From assembly GCF_963921235.1 (NCBI RefSeq), contig NC_086097.1:233432001-233496000 (forward strand): 64,000 bases of DNA, given 5' to 3'. Each line of letters begins with the position of its first letter. Position 1 is the stretch's first letter. Origin of the DNA: Mobula hypostoma (lineage: Eukaryota). Positions 48,628 to 61,840 of the stretch are shown here, in pieces. The notes beneath the pieces were generated by a model. It did no database searches. It worked only from the letters and a program-made list of their open reading frames with translations, and was not told where the DNA came from. The translations under genes were made by a program, and so were the position numbers.

Positions 48628-48842
48628 AGGCACGGTAGGCTAACACTTTACAGAGCCAGCGTCTCAGGCTCAAATCCGCCACTGTCCGTAAGGAGTTTGT
48701 ACGTTCTCCCTGTGACCACGTGGGTATCCTCCCACATCACAAAGACACATGGTTTAGTAGGTTGATTGGTTGTATGGGTATAATTGGGCATCATAGACTC
48801 GTTGGGCAGGAAGAGCCTGTACCATGCTGTATCTGCCTAAAT
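48628..48842 (+). mobile_element. HE1-like V-SINE
   Basis: ggcacggtag...ggctcaaatcc...gtaaggagtttgtacgttctccctgtgaccacgtggg...ggcaggaagagcctgtacc. Confidence 0.72.
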
Positions 48843-50534
48843 AAAAAAGAAACAAGCTGAAGTTTTGGCTATGTAGCTTTATCAGAACTCTTCTGGCAAA
48901 TGGATACAAGATCAACTGCTTATCCTTGTCACAGAACCAGTATTCCATCATCGTTCTCATCAGAAGTCGTCTAAGCAGAATTGACTAAATAGAACTGCAG
49001 TGCATTTCTTAGACATTCAGACTCCATAATACAAATTCTATTCCCATCACAGATCCAGATAAACATAATCATTATGAGCCTGAGATATTAAGGGTCCCCA
49101 GGGCCTTCATGTAAAAGCAATAACCAAGTAATAAGAAGGTCGATGAATAATTTGTTGCATCATATATCATGTAAGATTGTGGTTTGCATTTTAATTCTAC
49201 AGATGTTCCGCTGAAAACATTCTGACTGGCTGCTGAGTAAGGAAGCTCCAATGCACAGGATGAAAGAGGCGGCAGAGAGTTGTAATCTTAGGCAGTTCCA
49301 TTAAAAGTTTCCTCACCATCAAGGACATTTTCAAAAGGCGGTTCCTTGAGAAGGTAGCATATATCATTGAGGACCTTCACCACCAAGGCCAGGCCCTTTT
49401 CTTATCACTACTATCAGAGAGGAATACAGGAGCTTCCTGTACTCCAAGTTTTAAAAGTTCAATATAACATTCAAAGTTCAAAGTTCAAAATTCAATGTTC
49501 GAAGAAAATTTATTATCAAAATATGTTAGCATTTACTGCCTCAAGATTAATATTCTTGCAAGCATTACCATAAACACTATCTCACTTTCATATGATTTAT
49601 TTAATTTTTTTATTGCAAGTTAGCATAATTTTTTATGTCTTGCACAGTACTTTTGCCACAAAAACAACCAATTTGATGAAACATGTCAGTGATTAAAAAA
49701 ACAAAACCTGATTCTGATTCTAGCTGTGCAGTATGCTGCTCACATCGCTGTGAATTGTGCACAGTAATCATTAGCTTCCTGTAAAGCAGTGAGACCATTG
49801 GATAGAGGGAGGTAGATGGTGGCAGGAAAAACCACATTGACCGGTAACAGGACAGCAAGCTCCAGTCTCCATGAGCTGTTGCCCCTGGTGACTGAAGGTG
49901 GGAAATGAAGGGAGTGGAAGAATATAAATAAAACCCTGCAGATTCTTGAAGGCTAAATTACAAAGAGAAATTTAGCATATCAGGCCACATCTGCGGGAAA
50001 TAAAACAGAGTTAACGTTTCAGGTGGAAGGCACGTCATCAAAACTGGAAGGGAGAGAAAAGAAACTTGTTAAGCTGAGTAAACCAGCATTTTATGTTTTT
50101 ATTTTATGAAGAGAATGCAATTTCTTTCATTGCCAATGTGGGACAGAATGAGCATATGCAAAAGCAATGTGTATGCACTCAAGTGTATCCTTAGACATGA
50201 CTGCAAGGACAAAAGAAGGCTTGGGGGATATTACTGCTGTATCTCTGAAGGTAGACATTAGGAGGTAAAAAAAGGATTCTCAGGTCACTGGCTCAATAAT
50301 GCTGGCACCCAGTTAAGGAGTTTTCTGGGTTACCTCATTGAAAACTCATAAACCTGAATCATTATCCCTGGTTCCCCAAATTTCAAACGAACTAGAACTT
50401 TCTTGCACTGAAAATTCCAGCGATCCACCAGCCTCTGTGAGAATAAATTTCTATATACCCGAATTTTACTTTATTTGAAACTATGTTCCCTCATTTGAGA
50501 TTCTCCTGCAAGTGAAAACTAGTCAACCACATCA

Positions 50535-50785
50535 ATAAACACAAGAGATTCTGCAGATGCTAGAAATCTTTAGAGACACAAACAAAGTGCTGGAGGAACT
50601 CAGCAGGTCAGGCAGCATCAATGGAGAGGAATAAACAGTTGTTGTTTGAGGCTGAGACCATTTATCAGGACTGGAAAGGAAGGGGAAGCCCTGATGAAGG
50701 GTCTTGGCCCAAAACATCAACTGTTTATTCCCTTCCATAAAAGGTCCCTAACTTAATGAGTTCTTACAGCTTTTTGTGTGTGTTA
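50535..50785. mobile_element. Inverted (tail-to-tail) Penelope-derived element
   Basis: aaacacaagagattctgcagatgc...ataaacagttgttgttt...atcagga / cctgatgaagggtcttggcccaaaacatcaactgtttattcc. Confidence 0.75.
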
Positions 50786-51281
50786 TATATGCATGTTTTG
50801 ATGATGGCTCAGTGTATGAATCTTTCTCTGAATGCTCCTGTATCAGAGTGCCTGTACATAGCTTCCTCCTTTCTTGACCAAAACTGCACTTGAGCATCTC
50901 CTTCTCTCATATAATGGTCAATTGCTGGAATTCTCTGCCCCTGTGGATGGTGGAGGCCAGATCATGAGATGATCTCATATATATGAGATCCAAAAACTAG
51001 GTTATGGAGAACTAGCACAGAAAAGGAGCTCAGTCCAGCAGAGATCATCTATGGGAGTTGGTGAACCCCTAAGTCACCAGGGTTGCGGGTCCTTGTGGGT
51101 CTGGAGGTCGGGGTCCCTGTGAGTCTGGAAGTAGTGGCCTGAAGGTCAAAGCCGGACAGCAAAATCAGAATCAGAATCAGGTTTAATATCACTGGCAAAC
51201 ATGGTGAAATTTGTTGTTGATTTGCAACAGCAGCACATTGCCATACAGAATAATCAAAGAACTATAAATTACAATGAATTA

Positions 51282-51590
51282 AGGCATCCGTTATTCTTGC
51301 GATACCATGGATCTGCTCCTGGAAAGTCTTCACTCTCCAGGGTGCAGGCCTGGGCAAGGTTGTATAGAAGACCAGCAGTTGCCCATGCTGCAAATCTCCC
51401 CTCTTCACGACACCAATGTTGTCCAAGGGAAGGGCATTAGGACCCATACAGCTTGGCACCAGTGTCATCGCAGAGCAATGTGTAGTTAAGTGCCTTGCTC
51501 AAGGACACAACACGTTCCCTCGGCTGGGGCTCAAACTCACGACCTTCAGATCGCTAGTCCAATGCCTTAACCATTTGGCCACATGCCCAC
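51282..51590 (-). mobile_element. tRNA-derived SINE (copy of 21356-21662) within a Rex1 3'UTR
   Basis: Collinear with the first copy; flanking aattacaat duplicated at 51267-51275 and 51594-51602. Confidence 0.85.
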
Positions 51591-53451
51591 ACTAATTACA
51601 ATAAATATATATGTAAAAAATTAAATTAAATCAGTAGTGCAAAAAGAGAGGTAAAAAGTAGTGAGGTAGTGTTCATGGAGTTATTGTCATTTTGGAAATC
51701 TGATTGCAAAGGAGAAGAAGCTATTCATAAAATATTGACTATGTGTCTTCAGACTTCTGTATCTTCTTCTTGATGGTAACAATGAGAAGAGGGCATGTCC
51801 TTGGTGATGGGGGTCCTTAATGATGGATGCCACCTTTTTACATCATTGCCTTTTATTTCCCTCCATAGATGCTGACCAATCTGCTGAGTTCCTCCAGCAT
51901 TTTGTGCATGTTGCTCAATATATGCATGTTTCATGACAACGCAGTGCATGAAACTCAGTGCTGGGCTGACTAGTGCCCATGATGGAGTTGGCTGAGTTTA
52001 CAGGTTTCTGCAACTTTTTCCGATCCTGTGCAGTGGCCCCTCCATACCAGACAGTGATGCAACCAGTCAGAATGCTCTCCATGGTGCACCTGTAGAAATC
52101 GGCATTCAAAGGTCAAAGCCCAGGGTACAGCGAGTCTAGAGAGAGAAGCCTGAAGGTTGTAGACCAAAGGAGTCCTGAGGCTCTGAAGGAGTCATAGGGG
52201 CCGGGGTCATTGGGGCCAGAGATAATTACGAGTCTGGAAGTCAGGGCCCAAAAGTTAAACCCATCATTGGTATCATGGGGTGAAGTCTGAAATTGAAGGC
52301 TTGATGTCTGCAAGTCTGAAAATCTAGGGACAAGGAGTGAAGGCCTGGTGGCCGGTCTGAGTGTGTGAGTGGGTTTGGTGGCAGGGATGGGAAAGGGCTT
52401 TTTTTTTGCTGTTATTTTCTTGTTTTGTCGTTACTGCTATTGCTGCATGTATTGTTCTGTGAACATTGTGAGCATGCTATGTTGAGACAAAGTGTGTGGA
52501 GACACTTGCAGGCAGCATGCAGCTCACCTTTGGTTCTGCTCAAACGTCCCATTACACTGTATGATTCGATATGCATGTGTTAAATAAATCTGAATCTGAC
52601 TCTATCCAGCTGCCTGCTCCTGTTTCTATTCTCTTATGTCTTCATAACATTGTGGCTACTGCTGCAATAACTTGTGATCTCCAACCATTTGCCTAGGAAG
52701 TTCTCAGGATCCAGAAAAGTGTAAATGTTCACAAAGTTGCATATGATTCAATGAAATGTTTGGCAACTAATATCTTTATTGTTGTTTCTAGGTAACACAT
52801 TCTTACCAATCAGCATCAAATTCCCTGGATACAGTTGCAATAATTTTGCAAGATGAATTTCCAGCAAGTAACTTATAACAACAGGTTTTTTTTGACTACT
52901 TTCTCCTATTTGGTATATTTTGCGAGCAAACTCATCGGAAGAAAAACTTATTGGGTCAGTTAGATGCAGGGCCTATTGTTTGCCCAATTTTAATCAAGAG
53001 AAATATTGGGAAAGTCCAAGAGCTGGCTCTGCATTATAGATTAATAAAAATTTCTTTCACATTGACTGAATATAGAATTTTCTTTGGAATGTCAATGTTC
53101 AAAGTACATTAGCATGTCGGTATATTTTACCTTATACTAACTTGAGATTCATTTTCTTGCAGGTGTTTGCAGGAAAAATCAAGAAACACAGTAGAATCTA
53201 TATAAAAAAAACATACATAAACAGAGACTGACAAGCAAACAATGTGCCAAAGAAGACAAACCGTGCAAATAAAAAAATACTGAGAACATGAATTGTACTG
53301 TATCGGAGACAGATTAAGTGGATAGACAAAGATAATTTTCCAGGATGGAAATGGCTACCGTGAGGCTGCATTAGTTTACAGTCAATGGAGGTGTTTATAG
53401 GAGGCTTTTGATTCAAATAATACATTTCACTGCATGTTTCAATGCACATGT

Positions 53452-54005
53452 GCCTCTGTCACCTCAGATGGCTGAAGAAGTTCAGCATGAGACGCAAATC
53501 CTAAGGACTTTCTACAGGGGCACAATCAAGAACATCCTGACTGACTGCATCACTGCCTGGTATGGGAACTGTATTTCCCTCAATCGCAGAGCGCTGCAGA
53601 GAGTGAGTGCGGACAGCCCAGCGCTTCTGTAGATACGAACTTCCCACTATTCAAGCGATTTACAGAGACAGGTGCATAAAAAGGGCCCAAAGGATCATTG
53701 GTGAGCCAAGTCACCCCAACTACAAACTGTTCCAGCTGCTACCATCTGAGAAACATACCATAGCATTAAAGCCAGGACCAACAGGCTCCAGAACACCTTC
53801 TTCCAGCAAGGATTAGACTGATTAATTCAAGCTGACACAATTGTATTTCTAAGCTATATTGACTGTTCTGTTGTATATCTTACTGTACATACTATTTATT
53901 ACAAATTACTACAATTTTCACATTGCACATTCAGATGGAGATGTAACATAAAGATTTTTACTCATGTATGTGAAGGATGTAAGAGATAAAGTCAATTCAA
54001 TTCAA
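53452..54005 (+). mobile_element. Rex1/Babar 3' fragment
   Basis: ILRTFYRGTIKNILTDCITAWYGNC...PSHPNYKLFQLLPS; (AATTC)n tail. Confidence 0.85.
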
Positions 54006-54068
54006 TAAAGCTAATCTTTAAACTAGAAACAATGTAATTTTCAGTAAAAATGGCTTGTAAAATCTATA

Positions 54069-54336
54069 ACATGAGGAAATCTGCGGATGCTGGAATTTCA
54101 AGCAACACACATAAAAGTTGCTGGTGAACGCAGCAGGCCAGGCAGCATCTCTAGGAAGGGGTACAGTCAACGTTTCGGGCTGAGACCCTTCGTCAGGACT
54201 AACTGAAAGAAGAGCTAGTAAGAGATTTAAAAGTGGGAGGGAAAGGGGAGATCTGTAATGATAGGAGAAGACAGGAGGGGGAGGGATGGAGCCAAGAGCT
54301 GGACAGGTGATTGTCCCATGATCCTCTCATATCCCT
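54069..54336 (-). mobile_element. Penelope-derived element with intact hammerhead-like core and 15-bp flanking duplication
   Basis: 54165-54200(-) AGUC CUGACGA AGGGUCUCAGCCC GAAA CGUU GACU; cttgtaaaatctata at 54054-54068 and 54337-54351. Confidence 0.82.
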
Positions 54337-55050
54337 CTTGTAAAATCTATATTCTTTTCATAAATGAGATTAATTATGGTACTGTGCAAAAGTCTTAGGC
54401 ACATATATAAATCTAGGGTGCTTAAGACATTTGCACAGTACTGTAGTAATTTTACATATTACACCATACCATTGCTGCTGCAAAAAAACATCATGACCTC
54501 TGTGAGTGATGATAAACCTGATTCTAATCTGGGTCTCTATTGCAGACTGAGAGTGGGAAGGGGACAGGGAAAAAGGAATCATGGTTGGGAAAGGGGGAAA
54601 GGAGAGGGAGGGAGCAGGAAACACCAGCGAGGCATTCTGTTCTTTTGCCTTTCGTTTTTTTTTGCACTACCTTACTTTCCATGTTTCTATTTTCTATTTT
54701 TGATTTATAATTTAAATTTTTAATATTTACTATCGATTTGTAATCCAGGGAGCAGGAAGCGCAGTATCAAATATCACTGTGATGATTGTATGTTCTAGTA
54801 TCAATTGTTTGGCGATAACAAAGTATAAAAAGTATAAAGTAATGATCAATAAACCATTTGCCTTGAATTAAATTGCCTTGCCTGGTGTCTCAGAGCTGGG
54901 TGTGTCTGCACCCACACCAACCTTCACCCCAGTACTCCTTCTCTGCCACCTGTCCTACACCCCTCCCATGGCACTCCACCATCACAGTTTCCAACATCCT
55001 TTGTTCTCGCCAGATTTACAAACTCACTCTCTGCTCCACATTGGCAAATA

Positions 55051-55113
55051 CAGTATTGTGCAAAATTCTTAGGCACCCTAGCTATATGTACCTCAGGCTT
55101 CTGCACAGTACTG
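55051..55113. mobile_element. Tiny Tc1-type MITE with TA TSD
   Basis: ta|cagtattgtgcaaaattcttaggcacc...gcttctgcacagtactg|ta. Confidence 0.8.
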
Positions 55114-55779
55114 TAGAGTGCAAAGGAAAAATGAACAGCAGTGATCTGATGATAGTCATTTGATGCTGTGCATATTAAATGATTTATGTTTTAATATTTT
55201 AGTCATGTTTAGTTTCTGCAGCCCTCAATGGATTATTTATCTGACAAGTTTATGAAGCTCACTGTGAATTTCCAACCTATCAGTCTCAAGGTTATTTATT
55301 TGTCGTGCTTTTCAGCTTCAGGTTCTAGTGACGTGAACTGGAGGAGTTTATTACATTTCAAAGACCACACTACAGCTTTGCTATGCTATGCTTTACATTG
55401 CAGTCCAATGACTTTTCGGAATGTTTCACAACTTAATGAAATTATAGATAATCCATTGTTGCTTTAATTTTTCTCCCCCTCAATTCCAACTGAATGAGTT
55501 AGTTACTCAATGCACACTTTCAGGTAACTTGGAGATGTTAGACGCGACGTGAGTGTATTGCGTAAACCCCATTGTGAATACGTTCTCCATGAACTCATGA
55601 CATGCATTGAGTGGTAGTTTGCCAGGGAAAATAAAGGTTTCCATTATTTTTCCTGTGCATAATTTTCAGCCTGGAGGACTTCTGAAAAGTTTTGTCAAAA
55701 CTATTGCTGTTACGTTTAGTCACCGATATGGGAAATACTGTATTTTGACACTGATCAGATTCATTATCACTCACAGAAA

Positions 55780-56105
55780 TGAATATAAAAAAAAATTATT
55801 AGTGCAAAAATACTGAGGTAGTGTTCATTGTCCATTCAGAAAAATATGATGGCGTAGGGAAAGAAGTTGTTCCTGAAATGTTGAGTGTGTGTCTTCAGGC
55901 TCTTGTACTTCTTCTCTGATGGTAGTAATGAGAAGAGATCATGTAGATCATGTACTGAGTGGTGGGGGTCCTTAATAATGGATGCCACATTTTTGAGGCA
56001 TTGTCTTTCGAGGATCCCCTTGATGCTGGAGAGATTAGTGCCCATGATAGGGCTGGCTGAATTTGCAACCCTCTGCAGCTTTTTCCAGTCCTGTGCTGTG
56101 ACCCC
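55780..56105 (-). mobile_element. Rex1/Babar 3' fragment
   Basis: AQDWKKLQRVANSASPIMG...IIKDPHH...FSLLPSEKKYKSLKTHT. Confidence 0.85.
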
Positions 56106-57811
56106 TCCGATGTCCAATGACTGGACATTGAATGTGGAATAACCTATGAAAAGCCAATTAGTTCAGGAGAATTAAGGATGAAAATATGAAAAAAGCTGGG
56201 TCTCGTAAATAGCATCCCTCCCTTCACTCATCTCCAACCAAAAGATGGCGATTCCTCTGGTTAGGATGAAATATTTGACTTTAACAAACAAATCCACAGG
56301 CTCAGCTAGTTCTTTGCTGTCCTCATCAAATAACGCCCAATCTTGCCCTTCTCACTAACATCAGAAATAATGAGTCAATAGACCACTTTGTTGACCTAAG
56401 TAGAAAATCCATCATCAGTACATCAATAGAATTGAACTGTGTTCAATATTACTTTTCCGTGAATATGGCAGAAGTGAATATGCGCCGTCATCCTCTTTGT
56501 GAACTTCCAAAGTTAAAAGATCAGCAATATATATTTTTTAAACTGTTTGGTTTAAACCTTATTTTTCTGAAAACAAAAGCAAGAAAGGCCAGTGATATCA
56601 AACATGGCTCACTGCCTCAACTAATTGATTGGTGGAAGAGCAAGCATTGTCATTACCGTATCTTTTACAAACCAATGACTTAATTTAAACTGCGTCAATA
56701 TATTGTCTCTCCCTTGCTGAATCAGTCTGCAAGAATCCCATTGTCTGGCTGATTCTGTTAATCAATGTGCAACAGAGAGCAAAGATGGGCAATATTTGAC
56801 CCCATGATTTCTGGCAGCCGTTTCCACAATCCCCATTCCAGTTAATCTACAACACTGAGATGAGGCCGACATCACACTGGTCAATTGTTTCATATTTGTT
56901 TGTTAACAATATCAAATCCCCCAAAGACTATGATGTTCTGTCTACTGTGGATTAGAACTGAAGTGCTGCATCAACTTTAATAAGGAGATATTGGATTTTC
57001 TGTGCATTAAATAGCTGGTTATCTTGTTTAAAGTTAATTTCTACCAGTCACTCTTAACATTTTTCGTGCCATTCTTCTTCCAATTCTATAATGAGTGCAA
57101 TAAATCGCGGCAAAGCAATAGGTCTATCTGATTGCTTTTTGGGAGGCTCGTTACAGCAGCAAAGAGTGGTCCCATGCTGACTGCTATAATGGAGTTCCAG
57201 CCACTGTATTCAAGAATGAATCATATTCTGTGAGGAGAAGCACAAATATGGGTTATAAATACTCATTGTTGAGCTTAAATACTGTCTCCCTGTTTACCTT
57301 CCTCTAAATAAAGACTCACTATAGAAATCAAATGACATTGCTGGCACCTAACATGGTTAGAGCAAAATTCATAAACTTAATCAAGTTTTATCGCTGCTTT
57401 TACCTTTGGAATGCCAGTATCCCATTTAATTGGAATTTTATTTTATCAATAAATTGAATGGCTCTATTGGAGTTGAGTGCAGTTTCCACTGGACAATTTA
57501 CTACCAGATTCATATGAACATAAAATCGTTTAGATTATCTATACCTCTGATAACTTTAATGTCTTAGACTGAATGCTCTTCCATTCACTTCACTGAAAAA
57601 CATGAAATGTGTGTGAGTCTCTTCATAAGTTAGAGCAGAGATATGAAAGTATTTAATACAGATTTTGCTGAGAAATGCTATTAATTCTGTGCTGAAAAGC
57701 TGATATTTTCTTCATTCAAGTGCCATGAAAGTTGAACTTTCACAGAAACCTGCTTTCTGCCCTTGGCAGTTTTGCTTAGATATCTGTTATTGGAATCTTC
57801 ATAAAGTCAAT

Positions 57812-58400
57812 TGTTGCAGTGGAACGGGGCGAACCCAAACGCGGGACACAAACACTGAGGTAGGATAATCTAAAGTGTTTATTAATGGTTACAGGGAAGG
57901 CCGGGGAGTGAGGATTAGGCAGAGGAAAGCCGAGGAGTGAGGGAGGCTTGGCCGGGGATTGAACCCGAGTCGCTACGGTGGGAACGCGGCGTTTAACCAC
58001 CGAGCCAACGGGGAGTGTAGGCGGGCGGCGGAACGAGGCAGAACACGGATGCAGACCAGGGTGCGAGCGTGGCTTGAGGAGAACAGCAGGTGGAAGGATG
58101 AACGGGAAGACATGCAGCATGCAATGCTCCTATTAACACGGAGAGACAGAGTTAACACGGGCAAACAGCACGGAAACAGAACTTGGAATACACAATTCTA
58201 GGTGGTCAAGAGAGAGAATTAACACAGGCAAACAACACGGGTGAAAGGAGGAGCAGGAGGCAGGCAAAACTTTTCTTGACACGGCGCGTAGAAAGGCAAG
58301 CGGCAGACAATACTTTTCTTAACACGGACAGACGGAGTTAAACAGGTAAACTTCGGTTCTGAAGTAAAACTTAGAATACTTATCTTGACACGAAGGTTAG
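57812..58400 (-). mobile_element. Partial Gypsy-type LTR (3' part)
   Basis: Minus strand ends aataaacac...cgcgtttgggttcgcccc...gcaaCA; GC/CpG-rich with internal aacacgg repeats; other terminus and TSD not found. Confidence 0.65.
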
Positions 58401-59340
58401 ACCTGACTAGGAAAGGGAAGTCCTTTCACCGCCATGCCAGAATCAGAATCAGAATCAGGTTTATTATTACTGCCGGCATGCGTCGTGAAATTTGTTGAGG
58501 AACAGTTGCAGTGAAGAAAAGAAAGTATCATACAATTGTTAAAATTAGAGTAACACACAAAACTGTTGGATGAACTCAACAGATCAGGCAGTATTTATGG
58601 ACAGGAATAATCAGTCTTCTGTCTATTGGACTAAAACGCTTCATGAGGACTAGAAAGAAAGAGGAAAGAAGCCAAAATAAGAAGGTGGGGAGAACGGGAA
58701 ATCCTGTCAAAGAGAAGATTTAAGCTTCTTAATTTATTCACATACATGTGTTAATCTAAATATATTTTTTATCTAATTATTTCAATTCTTATAGTTTACA
58801 ATGTTTCTAATCACTAGGAGAATTCAGAAATATTCAAAGCTTTAAAGTCAACTAAATCTGCGGCATTGTTTAATCAGTGGTCATCATTTTCTTTCTCGAT
58901 AATGCATGGATGAGTCCTGTATGGAGAGGTAAACTAGAATGTTGTGCAAAATAGCAAGAAACAACGTTCAAATTCCAATGTGAGTTTTATTATCAATGTA
59001 CATATATGTTACCATATACAACCCTAAGATCTATTTTCTTGTGGGCATACTCTGCAAATCTATAGAATAGTAACTATAACAGGATCAATGACAGATCTAC
59101 CTGAGTGCAGAAGACAACAAACTGCAAATGCAAATATAAATAGATAGCAATAAATAATGAGAAAATAAGATAGTGAGATAAAAAGAGTCCTTAAAGTGAG
59201 GTCATTGGTTGTCAGAACATTTTAATGATGGGGCAAATGAGCGTGGTTATCTGCTTTTATGATTATGAGGACATGCAGTATGCATTAAGAAATGATAAAA
59301 ATGTTTTTATTTAAGAGACTGATGACTAAAGGGTAGAATC

Positions 59341-59960
59341 ACAAGGCGGGAGGAGAAAGAGCAGCGCGCCGCGTGTGCGCTGCCCTCCGGTGAAAATTGA
59401 TATCATATCCATTAAATGGGGGCCGTGGACAATTCTGATTTGATGGAGACAGACGCAAAAGCACAGAGGAACATCTGGAGAAATTTCTGAAACGCCAGTT
59501 CACTGCTGTTGTTACTGCGCGGTCGGGAATCTTTCGGAGGGTAGGCCTCAAAATCCCCGGCTTTGTCTGCTGTTGGCGACCGAGATTGAGGTCGAATCGT
59601 TCGGACAGAGATGGCGCTCAGTACTTGGTGTCGGAGACCTGATCAGAGCTCGAAGCTTTCGGATGACTCAGAGTTGGACTGTGGTCGGGTATGGCAGGGA
59701 GAGTTTTTCTTCCTTCTCCCGTCTGCGAGAGATGTGGGACATTTGAGAGACTTCGAACTTTTTACTGTGCTCATAGACTTCTTCATCAAGTTATGGTATT
59801 GTTGCACTGTTGTAACTATATGTTATAATTTTGTGGTTTTGTTAGTTTTTCAGTCTTGGTCTGTCCTGTGTTTTGTGATATCACACCGGAGGAAATATTG
59901 TATCATTTCTTAATGCATGCATTACTAAATGACAATAAAAGAGGACTGCGTGTCTTCATA
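59341..59960 (+). mobile_element. Non-autonomous retroelement (copy of 36546-37160)
   Basis: Collinear reverse complement of 36546-37160. Confidence 0.75.
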
Positions 59961-60094
59961 ATATAATTGTTATTGAACCTGGTAGTGTGACTCCTGAGGC
60001 TTTTTTCACTTGCTTTGTGATGACAGCAACGAGAAGGGAGCATGGCCTGGGTTGTGGGGACCTCTGATGAAGGATGTTGCTTCCTATGCCATAG

Positions 60095-60820
60095 AGAGAA
60101 AATACAAAAACTGAGATGCAAAGGGACTTGAGAGTCTTTGAGCAAAACTCCATAATGGTTAATTTGCAGGATGAGTCTGTGGTGAGGAAGGCAAATGCAT
60201 TGTTGGCATTCACTTCAAGAGGACTGGAATATAAAAACAAGGGTGTAATGTTGAGCCTTTATAAAGCACTGGTGAGGCCTCACTTGGAGTATTGTGAGCA
60301 GTTTTGGGCCCCTTATCTTGGAAAGGATGTGCTGAAATTGTAGAGGGATCAAACGAGGTTCACAACAATGATTCCAGGATTGAATGACTTGCATATGAAG
60401 AGTGTTAGATGGCTCTGGGCTGGTATTTAATAGAATTCAGAAAAATGAAAGGTGACCTCATAGAAACCTGTTGAATGGTGATAGAATGGATGTAGAGAGG
60501 ATATTTCCTGTAGTGGGAGAGTCTTAAGACCAGAGGACACAGCCTGGGAATAGAGGGGCATCCTTTTAGAATGGAGATGAGAAGGAAATTTCTTTAGCCA
60601 GAGAGTGGTGAATCTGTGGAATTCTTTGCCAGAGGCAGCTGTGGAGGTCAAGTTGTTACGTATACTTAAGGCAGAGATGATAGATTCTTGATTGGTCAGG
60701 GCATGAAGGGATACAGGGAGAAGACAGAGAGGAAAAATGGATCAGTCATGGTGAAATGGCAGAGCACAATTAATGGGCCAAATAGTCTAATTCCGCTCCT
60801 ATATCTTATGGTCTTATGGT
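60095..60820 (+). mobile_element. CR1 3' fragment
   Basis: QRDLRV...VVRKANALLAFTSRGLEYKNK...RPHLEYCEQFW; tail tcttatggtcttatgg. Confidence 0.9.
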
Positions 60821-61209
60821 AGTATGGTTTCATATAGATGTGCCCAATGGTTGGGAAGGCTTTACCCATGATGTCCTGGTCCAAATCCAAATCAGGATTT
60901 TCCATTCAAAGACATTGGTGTTTCCATATCAGGCCATGATGCAGCAAGTCAATATACTGTACCCCACACATCTATAGAAGTTTGTCAGAGGTTTAGATAT
61001 CATGCTGCATTTCCGCAGCTCCTAAGGAAGTAGAGGTGCTGCCATAAAACACACAGTAAAAGTTTCTGTGGCCGCTAAAAAAGGAAAAACAAAATCAGAA
61101 CAAATTAACATTTTCCTTTCAGACTAGGATAGGAAAAAAAAAGAATACAGAAGTGGCAGGAATATTAAACAGATACTTAGTGTCGAGAAATTGATTATCA
61201 GTATCTCAA

Positions 61210-61840
61210 AGCATCTTTAGCCTCTCACTGCCATTGTCAGAAATTTCCAAAGGCTTCAAAAAGGCATCAATCATACTGGTGCCCAAGAAGAACAGGGTGA
61301 TCTGCCTTAATGACAACCGCCTGGTAGTGATTAAGTGCTTTGAGAAGTTGGTCATAGCCAGAATTAACTCCTGCCTGAATAAGGACCTGAGCCCACTTCA
61401 ATCTGCCAACTGCCACACCAAGTCTGCAGCAGATAAAACCTCACTGGCTCTCCGCTTGTTTCTGGAGTACCCGAACAACAGTAATACCTGTCAGGCTGCT
61501 GTTCACCTACTACAGCTCGGCTTTCATCACCACCATCCCCTCAGTACCAATGAATATGCTTCAAAACCTGGGCCTCTATACCTCCCTCTGCAATGACCTC
61601 CTCATCAATAGATCCAGTTAGTGCAGGTCTGAAGTAACATCTCCTCACTAATGACAATCAACTCAGAAGCACCTCAAGGATGTATGTTTTGCTCACTGCT
61701 CTACTCTCTCTAAATGCACGACTGTGTGGCTAGGCACAACACAAATGGCAGCTATAAATTTACTGATGACACTGCTGCTGTTGGCAGAATCTCAGATGGT
61801 GAAGAGGAGGTATATAGGAGCAAGGTAAATCACCTAGTTA
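61210..61840 (+). mobile_element. Rex1/Babar RT fragment
   Basis: FKKASIILVPKK...CLNDNR...KCFEKLV; APQGC and KFTDDT motifs downstream. Confidence 0.82.

Noticed and set aside
52792..52867. Possible plus-strand exon (VTHSYQSASNSLDTVAIILQDEFPA)
   Set aside because: Weak donor, no recognisable homology; expected by chance
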